Shown: positions 38,846 to 50,791, counted from the first letter of the whole stretch. The stretch is DNA of 63,429 nucleotides, filler included, from Octopus bimaculoides (GCF_001194135.2; 4 parts of 4 records of this genome joined end to end with filler, not necessarily neighbours in it); one strand, 5' to 3'. The notes: generated by a model from the letters alone, not told the origin. A program made the numbers and translations.

Positions 38846-39238
38846 TACAAACATATATATGTATATTTGTATATGTTTGTGTGTGCGTGCGTGCATATAC
38901 ATACACATGTACTACACCCCCACGCACCCCCACACTCCTATAACATACTTATTCAGAATATACCACTTAATTGCATATTTGTGTAAAAGAAACAAAACTT
39001 TTATTCAATTAACCGAATTCTTATACCAAATGCCAAAATTACTATACTTCACTATTGTAAAATATTGTGACCCGTACCTCACGCACACACAGATCATACA
39101 TCACTTATTTTTAGACATAACTTACATATGTTCTGCCCAATCTGAACAGTATTTGTTATCTGTTTAGATATGACTAAACAGATAACAATCGCTTGACTTT
39201 ATATGAGAATTTCCACTTCCTTTAGTTATTCCTTAGCT

Positions 39239-39277
39239 ACTCAAACGTTTCGAGTTTCATACGACCCGTCCATGAAT
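39239..39277 (-). ncRNA. Decayed hammerhead-like motif (core disrupted)
   Basis: AUUCA-uggac-GGGU(cguaugaa)ACUC-GAAAC-GUU-UGAGU. Stems I and II and GAAACGU are intact; CUGANGA is lost. Confidence 0.35.
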
Positions 39278-39664
39278 TTCGCACGTATTTGACGAATCAA
39301 CTTTAGGCGCAGGTGGATTACAGGTAAGTTCCACCACCATCAATTCCCTGCAGGGAAAGTTCACCGCCGTCGATTTACTGTGAAGAAATTTTCACCGAGA
39401 GGCAAGTTTACCGGGAAAATATATTCATAGTGATGGTTTGTTGCCAATTTAATGTGGCAGTCCCAGGAAAGGAAACAATGCTACTGTTATTTAGCCCCAA
39501 GAAACACCGTTTCTAGTTGTCTGCGTGACAAAGGCGTTCTGTGTCCTTAAGTTTTCAAACAGGGGAGATAAACACCTTCACCCAACAAAGCTAGCATCTA
39601 GATTCAGAGTAGTTGCTCTTCATCAATCGTAGCCTTGCTAGCTGTAGTTTTTTTGTGAATTCTC

Positions 39665-39711
<47 letters not shown>

Positions 39712-39937
39712 NNNNNNNNNNNNNNNNNNNNNNNNNNNNNNNNNNNNNNNNNNNNNNNNNNNNNNNNNNNNNNNNNNNNNNNNNNNNNNNNNNNNNNNNN
39801 NNNNNNNNNNNNNNNNNNNNNNNNNNNNNNNNNNNNNNNNNNNNNNNNNNNNNNNNNNNNNNNNNNNNNNNNNNNNNNNNNNNNNNNNNNNNNNNNNNNN
39901 NNNNNNNNNNNNNNNNNNNNNNNNNNNNNNNNNNNNN

Positions 39938-40135
39938 GACGTCACTGGTGCCATGCTGTATCGGCCCCTTTGCCTTTCCCTTGGATAACATCGGTAGCGT
40001 GCAGAGGAGAGGCTGGTCTGCATGGGCGACTGCTGGTCTTCCAAAAACAACCTTGCCCGGACTCGTGCCTGGAAGGGTAACTTTCTAGGTGCAACCCATG
40101 GTCATTCTTGAGCGAAGGGGGTCCTTTACCCTTCT
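39938..40135 (+). mobile_element. SINE family F, 3' part
   Basis: gacgtcactggtgcca...catgggcgactgctggtcttccaaaaacaacc shared with 9108-9225. Confidence 0.75.
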
Positions 40136-40138
40136 CCG

Positions 40139-40203
<65 letters not shown>

Positions 40204-40229
40204 AACCCCCGAACTAGACGTCACTACAC

Positions 40230-40420
40230 CCTTCTAATGAATCTCAGTTACCCCGTCTAAATTAAGGACCATGTACAGCAGTAGCTTTGGATTTAAGGGT
40301 CCACAGCTATTTAATGCCTTTCAAAAATATCTGAGGGATCTTCACGGAGTAGGGATAGATGTTTTCAAGAAGCAACTTGACCTCCTGCTGTCCAAAGTCC
40401 CAGATGAACCTATTATATAT
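40230..40420 (+). mobile_element. CR1/L2-group LINE ORF2 C-terminal fragment
   Basis: YSSSFGFKGPQLFNAFQKYLRDLHGVGIDVFKKQLDLLLSKVPDEP. Confidence 0.7.
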
Positions 40421-40690
40421 CATGGCAAGAAACTCAAAACAGGGCAGCTGTGTCGAATTCCCACCTTCACCAAAAGCTACTCGTACAAAAATGACCGTTG
40501 AAAAGGTGATTACACTGGCGGTGCTCCGCTATGGCCACAACCTTTGGAATGAAACATAAAAGAAATAAAACACACTCACACACACACACACGCATATATA
40601 TATGTATGTATATGTATGTATATATATAAACTTATTTGGAAATGGATGCGTGGCGTTCAATTTATGCATGTATGTACGTTTGTATGTATG

Positions 40691-40744
<54 letters not shown>

Positions 40745-40750
<6 letters not shown>

Positions 40751-40965
40751 TCACCCCAACATCGCTTGACAACCGATGCTGGTGTGTTTACGTCCCCGTC
40801 ATTAGCGGTTCGGCAAAAGAGACCGATGGAATAAGTACTAGGCTTCCAAAGAANNNNNNNNNNCTAGGCTTCCAAAGAATAAGTCCTGGGGTCGATTTGC
40901 TCGACTAAAGGCGGTGTTCCAGCATGGCCACAGTCAAATGACTGAAACAAGTAAAAGAGTTAAAG
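40745..40965 (+). mobile_element. SINE family B, 3' half (split by a 10-N gap)
   Basis: Family consensus. Confidence 0.9.
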
Positions 40966-40975
40966 AGTACACACA

Positions 40976-41026
<51 letters not shown>

Positions 41027-41290
41027 TCGAAATTTACATACATACACACACACACACAAAGACCACGAAAGAAAGGCCTTTAGATGTCTATTGTCTTTAC
41101 ATCACGTGTTCTTGTGGTGAAAGCCATATTCTATGAGACGTGAGAAATATTCTGAAAAAGTCGAAGAACAAACGAGATAAAGTAGACACACCTGTTGAGG
41201 TGAGTGTTTTTGCAGAGTATCATCAGTGTGTGTATGTATGTATATGTATATACACACGCATACATACATATACATGATACATATGTGTAT

Positions 41291-41331
<41 letters not shown>

Positions 41332-42226
41332 CCAATATAATGGTGCAACGACTATAAAGCTCGAAACACGTGTACCGCGGAATCCTTTGTGTTCTGTTTT
41401 TATTTTTACGTTTTTAATTTATATATATATATATNNNNNNNNNNNNNNNNNNNNNNNNNNNNNNNNNNNNNNNNNNNNNNNNNNNNNNNNNNNNNNNNNN
41501 NNNNNNNNNNNNNNNNNNNNNNNNNNNNNNNNNNNNNNNNNNNNNNNNNNNNNNNNNNNNNNNNNNNNNNNNNNNNNNNNNNNNNNNNNNNNNNNNNNNN
41601 NNNNNNNNNNNNNNNNNNNNNNNNNNNNNNNNNNNNNNNNNNNNNNNNNNNNNNNNNNNNNNNNNNNNNNNNNNNNNNNNNNNNNNNNNNNNNNNNNNNN
41701 NNNNNNNNNNNNNNNNNNNNNNNNNNNNNNNNNNNNNNNNNNNNNNNNNNNNNNNNNNNNNNNNNNNNNNNNNNNNNNNNNNNNNNNNNNNNNNNNNNNN
41801 NNNNNNNNNNNNNNNNNNNNNNNNNNNNNNNNNNNNNNNNNNNNNNNNNNNNNNNNNNNNNNNNNNNNNNNNNNNNNNNNNNNNNNNNNNNNNNNNNNNN
41901 NNNNNNNNNNNNNNNNNNNNNNNNNNNNNNNNNNNNNNNNNNNNNNNNNNNNNNNNNNNNNNNNNNNNNNNNNNNNNNNNNNNNNNNNNNNNNNNNNNNN
42001 NNNNNNNNNNNNNNNNNNNNNNNNNNNNNNNNNNNNNNNNNNNNNNNNNNNNNNNNNNNNNNNNNNNNNNNNNNNNNNNNNNNNNNNNNNNNNNNNNNNN
42101 NNNNNNNNNNNNNNNNNNNNNNNNNNNNNNNNNNNNNNNNNNNNNNNNNNNNNNNNNNNNNNNNNNNNNNNNNNNNNNNNNNNNNNNNNNNNNNNNNNNN
42201 NNNNNNNNNNNNNNNNNNNNNNNNNN

Positions 42227-43056
42227 GGCAAAAACAAGAAGAAAAAACAATGAAAACTAACCATTTAAAGTTAATCATAGACGCGTTCCTGGATTATGAA
42301 TGATAAATTTCAATTTCCGTCATCGGTATGATATTCCAGTAGTACATTCGACTATGCTAGCAAACCGCGCAAGTATGAACGAGTGAATATCATGCCTCGA
42401 CACAATCTGAAAGCATAACCGAACTTACCTCGGTCAGCCATTCCACTACCTCCTCCTCAAGAAATTACCATGTGCGTTACAAACAATACCGCAGAAGCTT
42501 TGCGTTTACTATCAGGGAGTGAATAATTATTACAAATTAAAAGGGTAAAGGTTTATCCATTTATTAATTTATTAATAAATCAACAATTAATAATTTTTAC
42601 CAAGCCCTTCGGTATGTCAGCACCATTATCGGTTGAGAACTTGCACGGTTTGCTAGCATAGTCGAATGTTTGCTAGCATAGTCGAATGTACTACTGGAAT
42701 ATCATACCGATGACGGAAATTGAAATTTATCATTCATAATCCAGAAACGCGTCTATAATTAACTTTAAATGGTTAGTTTTCATTGTTTTTTCTTCTTGTT
42801 TTGCCTTTGTGAGTTACAAGTAATGCTATCTGTTGGAGTCTCAGCTTTTTTAGCTGCTATTTCTGAACTTCGGTATATGGTGAAGCAAATGCTTGCTGAT
42901 CCCTTAATCATGTTTATAAATGTATGGGAACTTTTAAATAAGTTCTCCACCGATAATGGTGCTGACATACCGAAGGGCTTGGTAAAAATTATTAATTGTT
43001 GATTCATTAATAAATTAATAAATTGATAAATCGTTACCCTTTTAATTTGTAATAAT

Positions 43057-43058
<2 letters not shown>
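42227..43058. repeat. Interleaved inverted duplication A-x-B-A'-y-B' of an unidentified repeat
   Basis: A 42227-42378 vs A' 42639-42805; B 42522-42641 vs B' 42940-43058; about 95% identity by eye; A' carries an extra 20-bp tandem duplication. Confidence 0.9.
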
Positions 43059-43087
<29 letters not shown>

Positions 43088-43089
43088 GT

Positions 43090-43290
43090 ATTTGTCCCTC
43101 TACCATCTCTTGACACTCGATGTTTGTGTGATTACGTCCCCATAAACTAGTGGTTCGGCAAAAAGAGACCGATAAAATAAGTACAAGGCTTACAAAGGGT
43201 AAGTCCTGGGATCGGTTTGTGCGACTAAAGGCGGTGCTCCAGCATGCTCGCAGCAGTCAAATGACTGAAACAAATAAAAGAATAAAAGAA
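43090..43290 (+). mobile_element. SINE family B, 3' half
   Basis: tttgtccctctaccatctcttgacac...gactaaaggcggtgctccagcatg...aaatgactgaaac. Confidence 0.85.
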
Positions 43291-43499
43291 AGTGGCCGTC
43301 CATGGTCGTGTGTTCGTGTCGGCTGTATGGCGTAAATGTTGAATTTATGTCTGCGTTTGGATGTTTGGCCAGCGTGTGCGCTAACGGATGCACTTTTAAA
43401 ATTGTATTATGACTTCAAATACGTATGTGTGTATACATGCGTATAAGTGTTTATAGACTGTGCATGGGTTTGTATATATGTATATATGCATGATTGACC

Positions 43500-43682
43500 G
43501 TTGACTGAACACTATTCAATATTTTTTTCTCCGTGTTTTTCTCCTTGTCTCCGTATTCTTTCTGTTGAAGAGCGTAGCTCGAAACGTCAAAGACTTTCCG
43601 TATTCCCGAGCGTCATACTAATATATACTTTTGTTATTTACACCACCTGTCCTCGTCTGTTGTTATTATTTGTATATTCTCA
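43500..43682 (+). mobile_element. Penelope-like terminal repeat, second family, ending in (TA)n
   Basis: Contains a hammerhead motif at 43557-43593; T-rich body typical of pLTR 3' ends; assignment is inferred. Confidence 0.55.
43557..43593 (+). ncRNA. Minimal hammerhead ribozyme-like motif with variant core CUGUUGA
   Basis: UCUUU-CUGUUGA-A-GAGC(GUA)GCUC-GAAAC-GUC-AAAGA. Stems I and II are perfect, the cleavage triplet is GUC, and palindromic ACGU occupies the helix III position. Confidence 0.65.
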
Positions 43683-43683
43683 C

Positions 43684-43724
<41 letters not shown>

Positions 43725-45117
43725 NNNNNNNNNNNNNNNNNNNNNNNNNNNNNNNNNNNNNNNNNNNNNNNNNNNNNNNNNNNNNNNNNNNNNNNNNNNN
43801 NNNNNNNNNNNNNNNNNNNNNNNNNNNNNNNNNNNNNNNNNNNNNNNNNNNNNNNNNNNNNNNNNNNNNNNNNNNNNNNNNNNNNNNNNNNNNNNNNNNN
43901 NNNNNNNNNNNNNNNNNNNNNNNNNNNNNNNNNNNNNNNNNNNNNNNNNNNNNNNNNNNNNNNNNNNNNNNNNNNNNNNNNNNNNNNNNNNNNNNNNNNN
44001 NNNNNNNNNNNNNNNNNNNNNNNNNNNNNNNNNNNNNNNNNNNNNNNNNNNNNNNNNNNNNNNNNNNNNNNNNNNNNNNNNNNNNNNNNNNNNNNNNNNN
44101 NNNNNNNNNNNNNNNNNNNNNNNNNNNNNNNNNNNNNNNNNNNNNNNNNNNNNNNNNNNNNNNNNNNNNNNNNNNNNNNNNNNNNNNNNNNNNNNNNNNN
44201 NNNNNNNNNNNNNNNNNNNNNNNNNNNNNNNNNNNNNNNNNNNNNNNNNNNNNNNNNNNNNNNNNNNNNNNNNNNNNNNNNNNNNNNNNNNNNNNNNNNN
44301 NNNNNNNNNNNNNNNNNNNNNNNNNNNNNNNNNNNNNNNNNNNNNNNNNNNNNNNNNNNNNNNNNNNNNNNNNNNNNNNNNNNNNNNNNNNNNNNNNNNN
44401 NNNNNNNNNNNNNNNNNNNNNNNNNNNNNNNNNNNNNNNNNNNNNNNNNNNNNNNNNNNNNNNNNNNNNNNNNNNNNNNNNNNNNNNNNNNCACCGTGAA
44501 TCTCTTCTCTGTGTCAACGCCCTACATTCATCAAGTGCTAATTAACAAGAAACCTACGTAGAATTTATTCACCACTTCATAATGTATGTATGTATGTATG
44601 TATGTATGTATGTATGTACGAGATGTATGTACGTACGATGCTTGTATGTATGTTTGTATGTATTTATGTATTATGTACATATGTATGTAAGTAGGTAGGT
44701 AGGTATGTATGTATTTATATATGTATGTGTATTTATGTATGTATGTATGTACTACGCAGAACAGCGGGGATCCACTCAATATCGTTTCTATTAATTCTTC
44801 ATAAGTTTTGGCAGATTCGATCGTAAATATCCAATCGCCGTTGTTTCCCGTCATCGGAGAACACCTCTTCCCTTTAAACGGTGTATGTTCATAACACGCG
44901 ATACGCTGGTGTTGAGGAGCTTTGAGACATTGTGCTGTCTCGGCCTCGTTGTGTGTCTTGTCAGTCAAAACTACCTCCATCGGACCGATGAATCTGACCA
45001 GAGCACGAGCTTGCTCTTGTTTATAGAAATCAGCAAACAAATTATTTGCTTTTTTTTTTTTTTAGAAATAATGCATTTCTAAATCTCTCAGAGAGATTTA
45101 TGCAGTAGTGATACGAT

Positions 45118-45307
45118 GAAGTAGTTGTATGCTGTCAACTTAATGTGACAGTCTCATGAAAGGAATAATATAACTGTTGGTTAGACCTAGGAAGCTGAAC
45201 CGCTGTCAAGGCCGACAGGAAGCGGTGCAGCTTCCTAGGTCTAACCAACAGTACAATTATTCCCTTCAGGAGACTGTCACATTAAGTTGACAGTATACAA
45301 CTACTTC
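45118..45307. repeat. 190-bp near-perfect hairpin (MITE-like fold-back)
   Basis: ~87-bp arms gaagtagttgtatgctgtcaac...ctgaaccgct / agcggtgcagc...gttgacagtatacaactacttc with a handful of mismatches and a short loop. Confidence 0.9.
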
Positions 45308-45869
45308 AAATTATTTGCTGATGTACGCTGATGTCTACCAAACAGATATTGACTCATGAGATGCAGACAGAACACCAAAAATTCAAGCAATAAAGTTTCT
45401 ATCCAGTCTTAAGCTTTAGCAAATTCGCTGTTGATTTTCATTAACGGAGAACAACACTTCCTTTCAAACCCGGGGTTCTCTACTCATTTTTCCCTATGGA
45501 CCCCTTTGAGTCGTATTTTACTCTACTGGAACCGGATAAAAATTCAATTTTTAAAAAAAAGTCCCATGGCTGCTTCTGCGTAGTTATTTGTGTTGTTGTT
45601 TACTTTGTAAAACAGTAAGGGGATAGGGTTGCTAACTCATCACCCTGTACCCATAATTTCCCTATCCACATCTTTACCATATGGGGCCCTAACAAAATCC
45701 GATAATAGGTATAGATGCAAATCGATCTAATTACTTGTCTCCTAAAATCAGGCATAACTTGGCGATCGGTCGACTTACAACACCGTTCTTCGTCATGAGT
45801 TTACTTGGTAGAATGTGTTTGTTAACTTCGCAACAAGGTCAAGGTGAGCTCTGATTGGCTGTATGCAAA

Positions 45870-46092
45870 TGGTTTCATTACTGCGATCCGGAACTCTCGT
45901 GGGAAAAAAATTCTGCACGCCGGTCCCGGTCTGTCGCAGGATCACTCATTTTTGCCAGTTGATTGAAACAGAGCATCGTGAAAGGAAGTGTTTTGCTCAA
46001 GAACACAACGCTCTTCCGGTCCAGAGAATGGAAACCACAGTATTACGATCCTGAGTCCAACACCCTAACCACTAAGCCACGCGCCTCCACCA
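45870..46092 (-). mobile_element. tRNA-derived SINE (family G)
   Basis: Reverse complement reads gtggaggcgcgtggcttagtggttagggtgttggactc...gcgttgtgttcttgagcaaaacactt. Confidence 0.75.
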
Positions 46093-46507
46093 GCATTTAA
46101 TAAATGTAACTAGAAGGAATTTATTGTCACAAGCAGAAACGCATAATTTTTAGCTTGGGAAGTAATTCGTATATTTCAAAGCTGTTGTCTCTAAATATAC
46201 ATTTTGCCCCCGATTTTGAATAAAATGTTCGCAGCTGCAGACGATACCTCTGCAGGCGATATTTCTGTATATGATTTTTGTTTTCAGTATCCGGTCATTG
46301 AAAAATTCCCTGCCAAAACCAAAATCATCTGTGTCCCTATTGTGACTTTAAAGCAAAATCCATTCCTGGACTCAAATTACATTCATAGCAAAATCCATCG
46401 CACACAGAAGAAGCTTCTTTTATTTTTAATCTCTTTTCAAAAAAATTCCTTTCTTTCAAAGTACTCATGCTTTGACATTGACGAGAGAGCCCTTCATCTG
46501 ACAATTA

Positions 46508-46669
46508 CAGTATTTTAACGTATATAAGGAACCTCCTAATTTTTGGGGTTTAAAATAAAGAAAAAAATGGTTTTGTAAGGGATAAAAATACTATCCATGT
46601 ATAAGAAACTCCCATATTTTTTAAACCTAATTTTGACAGAAAGGGGTTCTTTATACTCGTAAAATACTG
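46508..46669. mobile_element. 162-bp Tc1/mariner/pogo-type MITE with TA TSD
   Basis: TA|cagtattttaacgtatataaggaacc ... ggttctttatactcgtaaaatactg|TA; ~28-bp imperfect TIRs. Confidence 0.8.
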
Positions 46670-46675
46670 TATATC

Positions 46676-47106
46676 CTTTTCTACTCTGGGCTCAAGGATT
46701 GAAATGTTTGGGGAGGGGGCCAGTCGATTAGATTGATCCCATTATGCAAATGGTACTTAATTTATCGACCCCGAAAGAATGAAAGGCAAAGTCGACATCC
46801 GAGGAATTTGAACACAGAACGTAAAGACAGACGAAATACCGCTAAGCATTTCGCCCGGCGTGCTAACGTTTCTTATTTCTTTATTGCCCACAATGGGGCT
46901 AAACATAGAGGGGACAAACAAGAAAAAAGAATTAAGTCGATTACATCGACTCCAGTGTATAATTGGTATTTAGTTTATCGACCCCGATAGAATGAAAGGT
47001 CAAGTCGACCTCGGTGGAATTTGAACTCAGAACGTAACGACGGACGAAATACCGCTAAGCATTGCTGCTTGCGTGCTAACGTTTCTGCCAGCTCGCCACC
47101 TTGTCG
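46676..47106 (-). mobile_element. SINE family A dimer flanked by a single 14-bp TSD
   Basis: aaatactgtatatc at 46662-46675 and 47107-47120; internal junction identical to that of the 33472 dimer. Confidence 0.88.
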
Positions 47107-47604
47107 AAATACTGTATATCGAGTTTATTATACAACCGGTAGAGATTTTAATAATAGGGATGTTCTGCCAATATACAATGTGTTGAAATTTGAGAATATA
47201 CTTAACATTTGAGAATATACTTGTGAAAATATTGCATGTCATATATATAAAAATGGAAAAGAAGAAAAAGTCATTGAATTTCATTTAAGTTTTCCTGAGA
47301 CCTATTTTTCTTGGATTAAAATGTCATCTCAACAAAACCCACGAGCAGGAAACAAATGCTTTTGAAAAAATAATCTAATTTATTCTAAGATATATGTGTT
47401 GAGAAAGCAACGTGAAAGAAGTAAACTGGATGTTTTGTTTGCATACACACGTAAACACGCGTATGTGTGTGTGGGTTGTGTGAGAAGGAGAGAGAAAGTG
47501 AGAGAGAGAGTATATGTATACATGCATGCGTGTATACATGTATGAATGAATATATGTATTTTTTTATTTATGTACGTATGTGTGTGAGTGTGTGTGTGAG
47601 TGTG

Positions 47605-47740
47605 TGAAAGCCGGCGGCCTAGTGGTTTGTGTGTTGCATTCACAATCGCGATTTCGTGGTTTCGATTTCCAGACGTGACAGTGCGTTGTTTTATTGACAG
47701 TGCGTTTTATTGAGCAAGACACTTCGTTTCCCATTAATCT
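47605..47740 (+). mobile_element. tRNA-derived SINE head
   Basis: ggcggcctagtggttt...gtggtttcgatttccagac...ttgagcaagacactt. Confidence 0.65.
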
Positions 47741-47812
47741 CCGATTACTTTGACATCTGCGTTGATCTCTTAGGTTTTAGAACTAGCATTTTTGCTTGTT
47801 GCAAAAACAGTG

Positions 47813-47875
<63 letters not shown>

Positions 47876-48514
47876 NNNNNNNNNNNNNNNNNNNNNNNNN
47901 NNNNNNNNNNNNNNNNNNNNNNNNNNNNNNNNNNNNNNNNNNNNNNNNNNNNNNNNNNNNNNNNNNNNNNNNNNNNNNNNNNNNNNNNNNNNNNNNNNNN
48001 NNNNNNNNNNNNNNNNNNNNNNNNNNNNNNNNNNNNNNNNNNNNNNNNNNNNNNNNNNNNNNNNNNNNNNNNNNNNNNNNNNNNNNNNNNNNNNNNNNNN
48101 NNNNNNNNNNNNNNNNNNNNNNNNNNNNNNNNNNNNNNNNNNNNNNNNNNNNNNNNNNNNNNNNNNNNNNNNNNNNNNNNNNNNNNNNNNNNNNNNNNNN
48201 NNNNNNNNNNNNNNNNNNNNNNNNNNNNNNNNNNNNNNNNNNNNNNNNNNNNNNNNNNNNNNNNNNNNNNNNNNNNNNNNNNNNNNNNNNNNNNNNNNNN
48301 NNNNNNNNNNNNNNNNNNNNNNNNNNNNNNNNNNNNNNNNNNNNNNNNNNNNNNNNNNNNNNNNNNNNNNNNNNNNNNNNNNNNNNNNNNNNNNNNNNNN
48401 NNNNNNNNNNNNNNNNNNNNNNNNNNNNNNNNNNNNNNNNNNNNNNNNNNNNNNNNNNNNNNNNNNNNNNNNNNNCACACACACACACACACGCAAAAAC
48501 ACACACATATATAT

Positions 48515-48680
48515 ATATGCCACAAGCTTCTTTCAAGTTCCCGTCTATCAAATCCACGCACAAGGCTTTGGTCGGCAGGAGGCTGTAGTAGAAAACACTT
48601 GCCCCAGGTGTTACGCAGTGGGACTGAACCCAGAACCATGTGGTTGGGGAGCAAGCTTCTTACCAGACAATAACTCCTGC
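48515..48680 (-). mobile_element. SINE family B, 5' half
   Basis: ttcaagttcccgtctatcaaatcc...gtgggactgaacccagaaccatgtggttggg. Confidence 0.85.
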
Positions 48681-49023
48681 ACCTATATATATACATATAT
48701 ATATATATATGTATATACATATATATATACATATATATATATATATGTATANNNNNNNNNNNNNNNNNNNNNNNNNNNNNNNNNNNNNNNNNNNNNNNNN
48801 NNNNNNNNNNNNNNNNNNNNNNNNNNNNNNNNNNNNNNNNNNNNNNNNNNNNNNNNNNNNNNNNNNNNNNNNNNNNNNNNNNNNNNNNNNNNNNNNNNNN
48901 NNNNNNNNNNNNNNNNNNNNNNNNNNNNNNNNNNNNNNNNNNNNNNNNNNNNNNNNNNNNNNNNNNNNNNNNNNNNNNNNNNNNNNNNNNGCTGACGTCC
49001 TGTACCCATACATGCATGTGTGT

Positions 49024-49056
<33 letters not shown>

Positions 49057-49122
49057 CATAAAAAAACAGGCATATATATATATATGTATGTATGTATGCA
49101 TGTATCTATGTGCGTACGCGCG

Positions 49123-49163
<41 letters not shown>

Positions 49164-49945
49164 GAGAAAGATGATATAACAGGTTTGCATCATATTCTAA
49201 AAATAAGCTTGAAATTATAAAAAAACAAAATGGAAGAATACTAACAGAAAAAATACACACTCACACAGCATCAACGAGTTCTATTCTGATTGAAGGTGTG
49301 GCGAACAAATTACGCTGTTAAATAATAGCTGAAGCAACCAGCGAAAGGCAAATCGTCTGAACGTCTGCTTTAAAGAAAATTTCATTGAAGCAGACGACAA
49401 GGAAATAGGCGTTGTTCTCTAGCTATTGGCTGCGGTTAGTTTATGTATGTATGTATGTATGTATGTATGTATGTATGTATGTATGTATGTATGTATGTAT
49501 GTATGTATGTATGTATATTAATGTATATGTGCGTATGTCTGTATTTTTTTAGGTGTTTGTCTCTGCGAGTACGTATGCTTGTATGTAAGCGCATGTTTAT
49601 GCTTTTTGTGTGTGTCTGTGTGTTTTGTGCATACATATATTGTGTTTCGACTGAATAACATCCGTCTTAGAATATGGGGTGTGTGGAGAGAGAGAATAAA
49701 CCAGTTTTTTGCTTCTAGAACCTGGGCAAAGCCCTCCAGGTCCGGATAAACTTCACGACAAACTGGAGGATTTTCTTCCTATTTGTTTTGTTTGTGGTAT
49801 TGGCGTGTTTTATTTAATTTTCAATAAATAAAGGAATACATATAGAGGAAAATACAAAAATACGTTCCAGAAGAAGAAACTAACAAAAGATCTACGCACG
49901 CTAATATGTGTTTTCATGTAGCCTCTCCCACCACATATACACATA

Positions 49946-49979
<34 letters not shown>

Positions 49980-50119
49980 NNNNNNNNNNNNNNNNNNNNN
50001 NNNNNNNNNNNNNNNNNNNNNNNNNNNNNNNNNNNNNNNNNNNNNNNNNNNNNNNNNNNNNNNNNNNNNNNNNNNNNNNNNNNNNNNNNTATATATATAT
50101 ATATATACATATATATAGT

Positions 50120-50154
<35 letters not shown>

Positions 50155-50791
50155 TACACACACATTTGGCTTTATAAACAGCGTCTCCGATAATTAAGGC
50201 GTTACTTTATGAATATTGCAGCTGGCGGAGCAGGTTTTCATCATCATCATCGTCATCGTTGTCGTCGTTGTCGTAACCACCGCAGACACTGCCGCCTTCG
50301 TCAACGCGAGCTACGACACAGACCTCCACCTCGCCATTCCACTATAACGACTGCGATCGTTAACAACTGTGCAAAAACTCTATTGTGGGTAACACTTCAT
50401 CTTTATAGCGAATCAGCCACTGATGAAGTCCGAAGTATTTTCTGACCATAGACAGGAAACGCTAACATTTGAGGTGAAGTTATAACGACGTTATATTCGT
50501 ATGTTAGAGTTAAATCAATCAAAAACATGACAGGTAGAGATAAAAAGTCTGAGCTATTGGTGATGTGTCGACAGTGGAAAAAATCAAATCTGTCTGTATC
50601 TTGAATTTAGAAATCTAGCAGTGGTTGTAGCGTTAGAAGATGCATAGAGAGGAAACGTCTAACTTCCAGCATCCCAAAGGTGTTAAAAACAGTAGTTAAT
50701 GATCATTTTCGTCATCGACCTCCATCTCTCGCCACCGCCAGTGGTCGTCAAAATGGCTTCCACAGGGATCTTCTTTATTTATATTACTCAC

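Noticed and set aside
49361-49422. 12-bp hairpin followed by CTAG, like a Helitron 3' end
   Set aside because: The spacing (~22 nt) is too long and the next base is C rather than the expected T.
50418-50465. CTGATGA...GAAAC possible hammerhead
   Set aside because: Stem II is mismatched and there is no stem I partner downstream; at most a decayed remnant.
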